This document shows, piece by piece, positions 11,829-24,500 of a DNA stretch of 64,000 nt (the stretch's first letter is position 1; each line of letters opens with the position of its first letter). The notes under the pieces were generated by a model, which searched no databases, was not told the origin of the DNA, and worked only from the letters and a program-made list of their open reading frames with translations. This DNA is from Acanthaster planci (Eukaryota), in NCBI RefSeq assembly GCF_001949145.1, contig NW_019091360.1, positions 3,160,864 to 3,224,863 of the forward strand, in the 5' to 3' direction. The position numbers and the translations under genes were made by a program.

Positions 11829-13629
11829 AGAAGGGAAAATACTGAAGGATTCACCAAGAAAACACTTGAAAATTTCAGACCAGTCTCTGAGTCTCATGTG
11901 GTTTATGCACGGGGTGTCAAGGGTGTCCGTACATACACCGGTATATGGAATCCTTTCTGGCTAATATCCTAATCATGGCCATACATGTATTCTGTTACTG
12001 CACTGCCCAGCACCCCTTGCAGGGTTTGAGAAAATTGGCTTTTGTCGTTCTTGATGCTTCATACGATTAGTGGAATAGAAAAATGTATAATGACATAGCC
12101 AGCACATCGATCCAAAAATTTAGTAACTTAAGATACTTTCAGCCTTATCAAATTCCAGTGAAAATGAGTGCAAGAATTTGGTCAAGTTAAGGAGATGAAC
12201 ATCTATGCATTGTACATGTACATGTATGTGTGCCATTGTATCTTGATTGACTTTGACCCAAATGCAATGTCATATGCTTGTGTACATGCATTTGTTAGTG
12301 CATGTACGGTAGAATTCAGCTGTGTACATTTGAAAAATATCTTGTTTCTGCTCACATTGAGCTGTTCTAAGATTCAAAACCAGTTGTTTGTAAGTTTGAC
12401 TTTCTCTGAAAAATGAAGAATTTTGTTTCTGACAGTTTGTTCACACTTTGAACTGTTCTTCCAAGTATCCATCTTCAGCCTACATGCTCATTCTGGAGTT
12501 GTTTTAGCTAATGTCTTGCAATTATTTTTGCACCATTTTTTTTTCAATGAATGTCAGACAGTTTCCTTGCAAAATGCCTACTTTTCAAGATGGATCCCAT
12601 GTTGCAGGAAGGTGTTACCCTTTTTTCAGTGGTTGTGTTCTCTGAATGGGCTGACTTGAATGAGTGTGTGAATGACACATGTATGTACATATGTATGTAG
12701 TACAAATGACCATAGCAAAATTGTTGTCACATTGAATTGAAACATAATTGATTTGTTTCAACGAGACTGGTCATGGGATAGCTATGATTTCTAGGGATTC
12801 CCCCCACCCATCTTCAAGGTAAAAAAGTGACCCTCTGATCAAGTCCTATATAAATGAACTTCAAGTACTTGTGTTTGACTAATGTTTGTTGAAGCGTTTC
12901 TACCGGTAGTTGTGTTGTTAATGTGGCCTCTTGTCTTGTACAGTTTTTTCCAGGTTGTACATCAGTCAGCATGGATGCTTCTATGGATGGTCTGCCCACC
13001 GCTGAGCGTACAACGTTAGTGGCCATTACCGATGCTTCCTTCAACAGTACTACAGTCAGCAATCTCACGCCTCTCACATAGCAAACAAGGTAAAGCAATT
13101 TATATGATAAACACCTGACAGAGGAGAGCCCAGAATTTCTCACTGATGGGATATTGACCCCATTGGCTTAATATCCCCTGTCAAGAATTTCTCAGTTTAG
13201 CTGAAAGTGATAAGCGGCACTGAAAAGCCAACTCACCCAGCTTCATTATTTCAAAATTCTGAGAATTAGTTTGCATTTGAATGGGCAAACTTAAGGGTGC
13301 TACTAGTCAGCTGCGAGTGAATCAGGGCTGGATGCAATGGCAGTGGAGCATTGACTGAGATCCCCCAAGCAATCTCCTTTGTAAGAATAACCAAGCAGCA
13401 TGACTATAGAGGGCGCTTTCTCCAGAACACAGAGAATGGTTCTTCAGAAAGACATCACACTCTGGAAACTAGCGAGTCCACAGTCAGTGGAGCATTAATT
13501 TATGAAGCATTTCTTATATTACTGTCTGATTCACATGAGTGGGAGTGGAACACAGAATACTGTAATCCATGTCCCACATACCATGAAGCCGAATACATCT
13601 TTAACCCCCTTGATGGCAGGATTTTTTAA

Positions 13630-16549
13630 CCGTATCCTGCCTGCCTGCTGGAATTCATTTCCAATTTTGCTAACGGCAACCACAGACACCTAGCTTAGCC
13701 ACAAGGCCTTATCTGCCAAGTTTGCCGAGTCACATACTGCACACAGCTTGGCTCTGTGTGGTCATGAACCTTGCTGGGGTATTTGGATCCCATCCAACAT
13801 AATACCAGGCACCCAGCACTTGCCTTGCCCACGCAACAACACTAACTACCCAAGGACGCTCTGTCACAGCGGAAAGTGTAGCACCCGCTAGATTCACACG
13901 CTCTATGCTTGCTACAAGCGGGCACCGTGGCTCGTGTGCCTGCTCCCCAGTAGTCCATGCATGCCCAGTATCAATGCCCAGCATCAATGCCCAGCTCCCA
14001 CTTGTACATCGAGTGCGCTTCACAAGTTTTTATTTCATCTAATACCCAGTCAAGATTACCCGTAAAATTTGCCTCTTAAGTTCGCACGTAATTTTCTTGC
14101 AAATTTCTGAGTTTTGTTTTTGCAAGTTGTATTCAAATCCCCTTTCTGAATGTAATGTTTATATAAAACAGCCCCTTCTAAGTGAACTTGGAACCACCCC
14201 ATGAAAATTATCTTCCCCAAATAATCTTCCCCATAATTATTAAATAAACAGACGCAAACAAACACAAGACCAATTTTTCCCACTTTTCTTCTTCTCTTGA
14301 CGACTTGTCATTTCTTTTTTCTCCTCTTATATTTGCAATCATATTTACACTTTGTCTGTTACTGGAAACTTTCTCCTAAAATAAATGGATCCTCCTTGTA
14401 AAAAGGGAGAGTAGTTGCATTACATGATGTCTTGAAATTAGAGAAAACTCTTGAGAAACACTTAGCCAAAAAAGGGCATCGAATGGAGAGTGGTTCCATA
14501 ACACGTTCTATTGGAATAGAGGAAATTGTACATGAATATTTAAAGTAATTGATTCAAGTATAATAAACCTTGAAGGAGTTGCCCTAAAGTTTCATATACT
14601 ATTTCATTTACGTCTTGGAATAAAGAAAAAATAAATAAGCAATTGATTCAAGTGTGATAAACCTTGAACAAGGAGCAGCGCAAAGTGGAACATCACAAAT
14701 TTCACACATCAATTTAGTCTCTTTTCTTTTGCCATTTCTAGAACAAACATCACACCGTCTGTATAATTTAGCTCATTTTCCAGTTGGGGGAATTTCTACA
14801 GCAAAATGTCTTCCTATCAGTCTACCCAGACCAGGAAGATGGGATGGTATACCTCTAGATCAAAACAATGGCAAATTTGGTGCATGCAACTCTAAAATTT
14901 CATTGACTATCAATTGTCTAAATGACAAATAACTGTCAGTGCTACCAATTTCCTTATACACAAGATAAGAGTTTACAAGAGCAACATCAAGCAAAAATAA
15001 GAACACTTTTTTATACCATTTCTTTGATTTTCTGACTGAATGGTGTGACGATGCCAACTGGTCTGCAATGTCCACACCCTTCATCCCCTCGTTGTAGTTG
15101 AGTCACACTTGGGTTTTTCCAAAGCTATGCCAATTGCCGGTGTCAGCTGTATGCATCGTGGACAGCATATGGACACCTTTTTTGTCTCGCCAGACCAAGG
15201 CGAGCAAGTCTTTGTCGCTGGAGCGGTGAACAACATCACCTCCCTCAAGTTTCAAGGAGCACAAGTCCTTTGGCATGTCTTGACGATTTTGTCTTACCGT
15301 CCCAATGACATTTGTCTTCTGGGCGTGTAGTTTCAGGTACAGTTCAGGGCTGCTGAACCAGTTGTCCGGGAAAATGGTGGACCCTTTGCCCAGAAGATCG
15401 GCGTTCAAGTCAAGTACAATTTTAGTACTTGCCTGTCCAACAGTCTCGTGTGAACCGGTGTAAATTTTGAAGTTCCAAGTGTATCCAGTGCCAACCCCCA
15501 TGCCCTGACAGACACGATACACCTTGATGCCAAACCTCGCACGCTTCTTGGGGTTGTACTGCTTGGACTTCAGTCCCCCTTTGAATTTCCAAAGGGACTC
15601 GTCGGTAGTAATGTTGCTAGACGGAATGTACACGGACTTAAACTTCTCGGTCAGTTCGTCTTCCACCTGGCAGAGCTTGTAGAGTTGATTGGTCGTACAT
15701 GTATCTGCATGGTTGTTATAGACAAAATGCAGACGGGACAGCAAGTCCGCAAATCTGTCAGGTGGCATGGTATTAGGAAAAAAATGGAGTCTCAAGTATT
15801 AAGTCTCTCGTCCAGTAGGACTTCAAGTTGAGTTTCGGCATCAGTTCCATGACGATGATCATGGACAGGAATATTGTGTCGAACCAGCTTCGCATGTGAG
15901 TTGGACTTGCTCTTGATTGACTTTTCGAGTGTTCAGCGGCATAGCGGTTGGTCTCGTTGGCAATGTGCAACGTCAGCTCTGGGGTGAAGAACTGCTCTTA
16001 AATTTTTAGAGGAGTGCTGTTCTTGTCCTGTTCTTGCACTTGAACACCTGCTGTGCCTTGACCGCCGTGTCGGTAGAGAAAGTTGTCATCATCCATCCAT
16101 TGAATGGACGAAGAAGCCTTGACCTTCTTGGCTGGCCCCTCTAACGGTGCTTGCCCCTTCAGAATTGCTGTCAGTAGTTTCAATTTCTGAGCTATGTTCA
16201 GATTCCGACGTGAAATCTGAACCACTAGTCGAAGTTTCCTTTTCACTTGAAGATATCGTGTAATGTAACTGAAGGGCTGGGAAGCAGCCAGGCAAATATA
16301 CACCCAGCGCTACAAAAAAACGCTGCTTTTTAACAAAACAAATGCCCAATTATGCTGAATAATGGCCTGTCTATATCCCAAGTGCATGGTGCTGGAGATA
16401 ATTTGCATAATTTGTTTTGTTTGTAGTTCATCAGTAGAGCAGACGTCTTTGTGAAATCTTATCAAAACTGATATGACTGAATTGATACAAAATTGGAATG
16501 AAAAGGAAGAAAAGGCATTAATTTTGATGTCGAAACAGGCAGGGTGAGT
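13630..16549 (-). mobile_element. Decayed piggyBac DNA transposon
   Basis: Contains a transposase relic. Candidate ends TTAA|CCGTATCCTGCCTG and CAGGCAGGGTGAGT|TTAA (10/14 inverted match, TTAA at 13626-13629 and 16550-16553). Confidence 0.7.
14655..16250 (-). pseudogene. piggyBac transposase (PGBD4-like, DDE_Tnp_1_7), disrupted
   Basis: HIANETNRYA; YW..FFPNTMPPDRF; TDESLWKFKG..KQYNPKKRARFGIK; DNWFSS; GTVRQNR; WRDKKGVHMLST; YNEGMKGVDIADQ..KWYKKVF; C-terminal Cys-rich domain RRCDVC..KRKETKLMCEICDVPLCAAPC. Frameshifts and a stop are present. Confidence 0.92.
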
Positions 16550-16799
16550 TTAATGTTAGGAACACATTGTAGTTGAATTAAATGGACTAGACTCAAGTCG
16601 ATCGTAACAAAAAAACCTGAGAATCTTATCTCAACATCTTATCTCAATCCTCCTCTAATTTTTGTGTTTGTTCTGAGATGCAAGTTTATCTGGAGTATAC
16701 AGTACCCACTAATTCATTTGTGTTCAAATCACAGCATACAAGGTAAATCTTGCTTTTGTAAGACGAACTGTCGGGACATATCTATGCACGCATGTGGAT

Positions 16800-17000
16800 T
16801 CAGTAGACTTCCTTCAAGGCACAAGGCTTTGCACAAAGGTGGTCTCTTCAGGCATGCAGTAGTGCCAGTTATCCTTCTGTCAGACTTAGGCAGAGACTGT
16901 GTAGAAATCTGGAACATTGATTACTTTGCATTCATGAATACCCCAGACAGTCTCCCTAATCAACACATGCAACTTGACTGTGTAATAACACTGATAATGC
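16800..17000 (-). pseudogene. Degenerate PHD-finger-like coding relic
   Basis: SCMC*LGRLSGVF / MQSNQCSRFLHSLCLSLTEG*LALLHA*RDHLCAKPC, joined over one frameshift, follows C4HC3 spacing. Confidence 0.35.
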
Positions 17001-19399
17001 CCACTGAGAAGTGATAATACCCTCTGTGTAAATCAAGCACTGGCACCTGGATATGAGATGGTTTAATCAATTCTGATTGGTCAACAGTCTGTGTGCATGT
17101 GGTTCGCCATGCTTGTGCCAAGTCCATATATTGAAATTCTCTTGGACACTTTGCTAAAGAAATACACCATAAAATTGATGGGGTGTTTGAGAAAGGGAAA
17201 GTAAAATTCTTGAACAGAATCCTTGGAAATTTATCTTTAATATATTGATTTTCTTTGACTCTCTGTCTAAAATTGTATTTATGATTGGGAATAAATATGT
17301 GCTTGGTCGGCACATTTAAGACTCTGCTCAGGAAAATGAACGCTGATATAATGTCGCGTCCCTTCTCCTGAGCTGGTCTTATCCACATATTTATTTCCTA
17401 ATTAAAATTTTGCCCAGCATTGTCACTTGGCCTCTGTGATGGCTACATTGCTGACGTGTGTGGGTTATCTGAAGAGAAGCTGCCAGTCTGTACATGTAGA
17501 TTTGTTAGTTGTCATGGTCGATACATATAATTTCTCATCCAACCTGTCCATCAGTACCACAAAACATCCCCAGATAAAACTGTAGTAGGAAAACATTTGC
17601 CACAAAGTCACGTATGAAATACATGTATCTGCTTTAATTCAAAGCATGAATACATTGAAGACGAAAGATGCATTTCACAACGTGTACATGTGCGTAAAAG
17701 AGGGTAGCATTGTTGATGTCAAAGACTGTTCCTTGACGTCAGCTTCAATGAATTGAGCAAGCTGCAATGTGTATTTTCACAAGATTGCACTTCACAAGTT
17801 CACTGTTTTCAATTTAAATCACAAATACGACTCACCCCACCCACTGAAATAAAGTTCTTGATTTCTGGAAGAACTAGCTGAACTCTTCATTGAAAAATTT
17901 CGATACTCTGATTTTTTTCCCGGTGATCTTTAATTGATAAGCTTTACATTGTCAAACTTTGATCAGACATGTACCGGTACATGTATAGCACTGATGTTTA
18001 GTGGTTCCCACTCCTTCCAATTTCATGTACACATGCGTGTATTTAAGTGCAAAGTGTGGTCTATTGACACAGGATACCAGATTGTCAATTCTATATACAG
18101 CTGTGCAAGGATTGTAAAATTGAAGGAAAAAAAAGAAAACCTTTCGATTTTTGCTTACAGTGGTCATAAACTTTAAAATTTTGCTGTGACAAAGTTGAAA
18201 GTTCATTGCATTGCGATAGTAAACTTTGAAATCTGCATAACCNNNNNNNNNNNNNNNNNNNNNNNNNNNNNNNNNNNNNNNNNNNNNNNNNNNNNNNNNN
18301 NNNNNNNNNNNNNNNNNNNNNNNNNNNNNNNNNNNNNNNNNNNNNNNNNNNNNNNNNNNNNNNNNNNNNNNNNNNNNNNNNNNNNNNNNNNNNNNNNNNN
18401 NNNNNNNNNNNNNNNNNNNNNNNNNNNNNNNNNNNNNNNNNNNNNNNNNNNNNNNNNNNNNNNNNNNNNNNNNNNNNNNNNNNNNNNNNNNNNNNNNNNN
18501 NNNNNNNNNNNNNNNNNNNNNNNNNNNNNNNNNNNNNNNNNNNNNNNNNNNNNNNNNNNNNNNNNNNNNNNNNNNNNNNNNNNNNNNNNNNNNNNNNNNN
18601 NNNNNNNNNNNNNNNNNNNNNNNNNNNNNNNNNNNNNNNNNNNNNNNNNNNNNNNNNNNNNNNNNNNNNNNNNNNNNNNNNNNNNNNNNNNNNNNNNNNN
18701 NNNNNNGATGATAAAGTGAGTGGGGACTGGTTCATAGTCTGATATCCACTGTCTCATTTTGTGTTTGAAAAAGGACAAAAGGAACCACATTAATTGTGAC
18801 GTGTGATGATAAAACTTAAATTTATTACTCTTTGTAAATAATGCAAAGCTTTTCCTTGCCAATCTAGATTCTTGGCCTTCCCGTATAGGCCAAATCAGAT
18901 AAACCTGGATAAAACTTTTAAAACTTTTTAGCAAAAGGAAAGAAACTAAAGTTTCTGCTTGATACCTTTGAAACCTTTCTGTTGCAACCTTTGAAAGTCT
19001 GGGCATCATGTTTTTTATGGCACCCGTAAATTGCTGGTTTATTGGGTGACATCGTTTAAAGGTCTGCAAGTTCTGAAGTGTTTGTGAGTTAGAAAGATTT
19101 GTAAAGGTGCAGTACATGCCACAATATTAATGGCATGATTGTTACTTTGATTCTCCCTCAGGTTGATGAGAGACACCGTCTTCTTAGATGCCTGCAGAAG
19201 GGAATACCCTCTCCACTTTGAACAAAAGTTCTTGGACTTATCGAAAAAGTAAGATTTTACATTCCATTAATAGCACAAGTTCTTCAGGCCAATTTGAAGG
19301 TTTTGTTCACTTCAGTGCATGTTTCTGACCCCTCACTTCATGCAATCCTCCTGTTGGCCGGTCACAGGGTTAGAGGGTACATGGAAGTGGGCACTGCTT

Positions 19400-19640
19400 C
19401 ACCAGTCTGGCTCCCAGCAGTTCAGAGTGACTGGCTCCTAAAATTCGATACCCAGGTACAGCACACGTTACACAATGCCGCTACATCGAACACACTGGTA
19501 TACTGAACCATCAGGCATTCCAAACTTTCTGCTTAGGTCTCCAAATTTCTGTGCACTTTACCGAAAGGCAAAGGAACAATAGCCAACACACAGTGTGATC
19601 AGTATTGTTTGTGGGTAGAGACCTTTTCACCTACGTAGCT
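19400..19640 (-). pseudogene. Possible PIF/Harbinger transposase N-terminal HTH fragment
   Basis: VSTHKQ/ILITL..AQKFGDLSRKFGMPDGSVYQCVR resembles the HARBI1-type HTH. Short and degenerate; present in the left arm only. Confidence 0.3.
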
Positions 19641-21287
19641 GGATTGCGCTAAATGTTTATACACAGTACCACCATGTGTAGACCGCCTTGGCCACAGTGA
19701 TCACATACATGTATATTCCCACGGGCAGCTGCAACCGCGTACTATGTGCAAACGCTGCATGTTTGACTAGTTTATTTTGAATAAGTAGATTCCCATCACA
19801 ACACATCATAGGTCCAGCAAAATTGTGACATCACAGGAAAAAGGTCAATAGTATAAATGCACAGTACTTGTACACAATGTATCGGAAAGTTGTTCAAGTA
19901 AACTGGAGGATTTGTGCAGAACATCTGGCTTCTTGTCATCACTAAAAATGGCCAGGCTTTTTATTACAAGAAGTTTAATCAAAACAGAAAATGCATACAA
20001 GTAGACAGCTTAGCTTTGATGACTTGCCTCGCGGAAATCGTTGGTAAATGTTCAGCTAGTTTTGATTGTTCCAACCACACTTGCCCAAACTATAACCATT
20101 CATAACTTTGCCAACTTCAAAATGGTTTTCGGCCCATTTTTTACAGTTGCAATGTACTGCGTAGCAGCAGGAACTGTTGTATTTGTCACCGCATGATGTC
20201 TGAAATTTTCAAGCAGTGACTCAAGGAAAATTTGATTTCACTTCACGATCGGAACTTCCAGTGAAAACTATACACCCAAACTGAACCATGCAAAGAAAAG
20301 AATACACGTCGTACATTGAACAAAATGCAACAATTGTTGTGTTTCATGCATTTATTTTCAACTTCAACTTTTTTTTTAAGTGCTGGCTAAAAATCATCAT
20401 GCATATGTACATGTATTTGTGAGGCGGGTCACCACATTTGAAAGGGCAGGAGCCTGGAGCTTATGGAATGAAAGGAAATGAACATTGCTACATGCACATG
20501 TATACCAAACCCTAAAGTGAACATTTTATGTGGACCCCATTGTGTTCGTTGTATCGGCATTGTACCACAGTGAAAGTGTTTCTCCTTGCCAGTAAATGAA
20601 CATCATAAAAGAAATAAAACTAAAAAAAAGTCACATCATTATATCCAAGACAACTGAGATTTCGTAGCGTTTGTGCGGTGACTGTGACAACCCTTCTACA
20701 GAGTATTTTGTGAATTTCTCATCCCCTAATCTCATCCTTGTAATCTGAAAAAGCTTTAAAGTTGGTCAGAAAAATGGTGCTTTATTTTAAACTAAATGCT
20801 ATGTGATTGTTGCAGAAGGCTTCAACTTTTTAAAAATTAGGCACTGCAGTTTTTAATCCTTCCCAAAAAGGGGGAAAGGCTTGCTTTCGGCATTTTTTCA
20901 TTTTTATTTATTTATTTTTTTTTTATTTCTTTCCTTTTTTTGCTCCAACTTGTTCACTCACTCACCCACCACCCGACCCGCCAAAACATTTTTTGATATA
21001 GTTATCTGCACCTTACAGCATTCATGGTTACCAAATGTGTCAACTGCAAAAGCAGGCATTTGCTGGCAGGATTGAGCATGTCCAGTGACCTCTTCCTCTA
21101 CTCAAATTCAAAATTTGACCTGCATGTCTAATGAGGGCTGTCAAGCTGGTTGCAGACAATGTTTGGGCAATGCTCTTTCTTCAGGTCTTTGGCTTGTTAC
21201 ATAATAAGGTGCAGGTTCTTCAATGGTGAAAAAGCAGCATCCAAAAAGCCAACACATGTAGTGCCTCATGGAGGAAGGAAAAGACAT

Positions 21288-21528
21288 GGGTAATTCCAGA
21301 AATTAGGGGTCCAAAAGTGTGACATTTTCATGTTTCTGTTACGTCTGACATTTGTCATCTGACATGGAAATATCACCGGAATTGCATTCAAACTATTACT
21401 ATATGTTTGGCAGGTAATTTGCATAAATTTATCACTCTTGGAAATTAGCAAATGTGTTCTGTGTTTACAAAATCATGTCAGATAAGACAGGGACACAAAA
21501 AATGGACCCCAAATTTCTGGAATAACCC
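21288..21528. mobile_element. 241-bp MITE, Sola2-like ends
   Basis: TIR GGGTAATTCCAGAAATTAGGGGTCCA / TGGACCCCAAATTTCTGGAATAACCC with a 4-bp TSD ACAT; the site is empty in the paralogous arm (~25925). Confidence 0.85.
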
Positions 21529-24500
21529 ACATACAGTGTACATGTACAATGTACCTGGTGTTTGATCTGAACTGAGCAGATACTGGTAGAAAAGCTTTAA
21601 CACCGACAAATTGTCCTTCTGGTTTGTGCATCTCAGTTTATTCGGGGAATTACAGGTTTTTGAAGTTCACATTAATAGTTTCTTTTGCATCTTCAGTGTC
21701 TTTGTAATAATGTATAACAAAAATTGCAGTGACAAGTTTTAGACCTGTTGTGCATGTACATGTACATGTGGGAAAGAGTTCCCACACACAGACATCACTT
21801 GACACCCTGTGCACGAAATCTGTGAGAGTGGTCTCAGAAATGCTTAGTGTATTTTTCCAACTGAATGCTTCAGTATTTTTCCTGATGAATTTGACTCATA
21901 ATTGAGCCTTATCGCAAATACTGCATGGGTGATTTTGCACAATGGCAGAAAGATATTGTGGAAGGAAAAAGGGGCAATGTTTGGTACTTTTTCCTTCTCA
22001 CAATGTCGTTGTACCATTGTGGAAAATCATCCATGCAATATTTGCGAAAAGGCTTATGATGATGTATTGTACCATGTCCGTGTATCCAGAACTCTTCCTG
22101 ACATGTACTTCATTCTCAAAGCATTATGTATAATATATAATTCCATTTATTTTTTAATTGCTTTTAGAAATCCAGTAGTTCCCGGCACAGCCACAACAGT
22201 CTACCCTCATCGTGCTACCATCAGCAGAGGTACAGGGACCAGAAGAGGTCGGCGTGCACCTGCTCCACTTTGCTGCGCGTGCCGGTGGCCATTAGGAACA
22301 CAGCGCAGGTTGGTGGGTTGCATCAATGTTACATTGGTTGTACTTGTGACCGGCGGAGCAATGAATTCAGGAAGGTTAGAAAGGGGTGAGTTGTTATCAA
22401 GTCATTTTCTTCTTGTCTCAAGAATGTTTCATGTCACTTCTTACATGTACATGCATCAACCCATGTGGGTGTTAGCTCATTTTCACGCATGCCGTCACAA
22501 AAATTACAGCAGCAATAAAAAACAAAAAAGGTAACAAGTTTGTCAGTTTTTGTTGTCAATTTATACCGCTTTCAAATCCTGGCGCTGTATATCTTGGCCA
22601 CCCAAACAAACAATAAAAATACTTGGCAAAGGGCTGCATTAAGTGTCAATTTTGGGGGGGTCAGTTTATTTACATATGTAAATCCCGGCGCTGCAAACAT
22701 GTACATGTATGATTTGTGGTTGTCAAATTTCAAGGTTTTTTGGTCAGTTTCAAATCATAACAATGTCACAAGTCCAGCTTCATGTTGGCGTGTTTTTACT
22801 TCAAGTGTTTAGAGTAAACAGGTAACGTTGCACTTCAAGAAATACACTTGGCTGTACAGTTTAAAGAGTATTTCCTCCAATCATTGGATTTTGTTGATGA
22901 GATCCTTCGTGTATCTACACAGTCAATATTAAGTGTAAAGCTTTACATTCAAATTTTCATTATGTCAGAGTCAACCGAAACATCGGTGAGGAACTTGTCA
23001 CTCAAATCCTATTAATTTGCTATCAAACTTTTTTTGTACTCAAAATGGTTTGGGCAGCCGTACCAATGCACATTTATTTAAGAAGTTTTCTCCAAAGAAT
23101 TATAAACGATTTGTTAGAACAAGTGGAAGCAAATTACAATCATTACAAATTCGTAATTATTCACTTGTTGCCAATTATTGAAGTTATACGTGTTCTTCTC
23201 ACTCGACTTTTTTTCCCACAAACTGAATTTTGCATTGAGTTGGAAAGTCATCAACATATTTCATTGCATCTGATGTAATTCAAGACCCTTTTGATTGGAC
23301 AGCCAGATGTATTCCTTGGAATTTGACGGTGCTTGGTCAATTTTTAATACTTGAAGTAAAAATTTTCCAACATGACACTTGACTTGTAACATTGTTTTGA
23401 AATGTGACTTGGAAGAGACCAAAAAAACTTGATATTGTACAGTGACATGAAACTTTCTTGAGACTTGAAGAAAATGACCAGATAACGACTCCTCCCCTTT
23501 TTGCCTTTCTTAATTCTTTGTTCCTCCANNNNNNNNNNNNNNNNNNNNNNNNNNNNNNNNNNNNNNNNNNNNNNNNNNNNNNNNNNNNNNNNNNNNNNNN
23601 NNNNNNNNNNNNNNNNNNNNNNNNNNNNNNNNNNNNNNNNNNNNNNNNNNNNNNNNNNNNNNNNNNNNNNNNNNNNNNNNNNNNNNNNNNNNNNNNNNNN
23701 NNNNNNNNNNNNNNNNNNNNNNNNNNNNNNNNNNNNNNNNNNNNNNNNNNNNNNNNNNNNNNNNNNNNNNNNNNNNNNNNNNNNNNNNNNNNNNNNNNNN
23801 NNNNNNNNNNNNNNNNNNNNNNNNNNNNNNNNNNNNNNNNNNNNNNNNNNNNNNNNNNNNNNNNNNNNNNNNNNNNNNNNNNNNNNNNNNNNNNNNNNNN
23901 NNNNNNNNNNNNNNNNNNNNNNNNNNNNNNNNNNNNNNNNNNNNNNNNNNNNNNNNNNNNNNNNNNNNNNNNNNNNNNNNNNNNNNNNNNNNNNNNNNNN
24001 NNNNNNNNNNNNNNNNNNNNNNNNNNNNNNNNNNNNNNNNNNNNNNNNNNNNNNNNNNNNNNNNNNNNNNNNNNNNNNNNNNNNNNNNNNNNNNNNNNNN
24101 NNNNNNNNNNNNNNNNNNNNNNNNNNNNNNNNNNNNNNNNNNNNNNNNNNNNNNNNNNNNNNNNNNNNNNNNNNNNNNNNNNNNNNNNNNNNNNGGGAGG
24201 AACAAAGAATTAAGAAAGGCAAAAAGGGGAGGAGTCGTTATCTGGTCATTTTCTTCAAGTCTCAAGAAAGTTTCATGTCACTGTACTATATCAAGTTTTT
24301 TTAGTCTCTTCCAAGTCACGTTTCAAAACAAAGTTACAAGTCAAGTGTCATGTTGGAAAATTTTTACTTCAAGCGTTAAAAATTGGACAAGCACTGTCAA
24401 ACCTGAAGGAATACATACAGCTATTGAATTACAAGGGTCTTGATTTATGTTGAAGAGGTCCTAATTTGATATAAAATTGAGTTCTGTAAGAATCCTTGAA

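Noticed and set aside
15103..15795. Domesticated or active piggyBac gene
   Set aside because: The transposase is broken by several frameshifts and a stop.
21902..22534. 210-aa ORF as an intact single-exon gene
   Set aside because: Runs across apparent splice signals, and its frame is not preserved in the paralogous arm.
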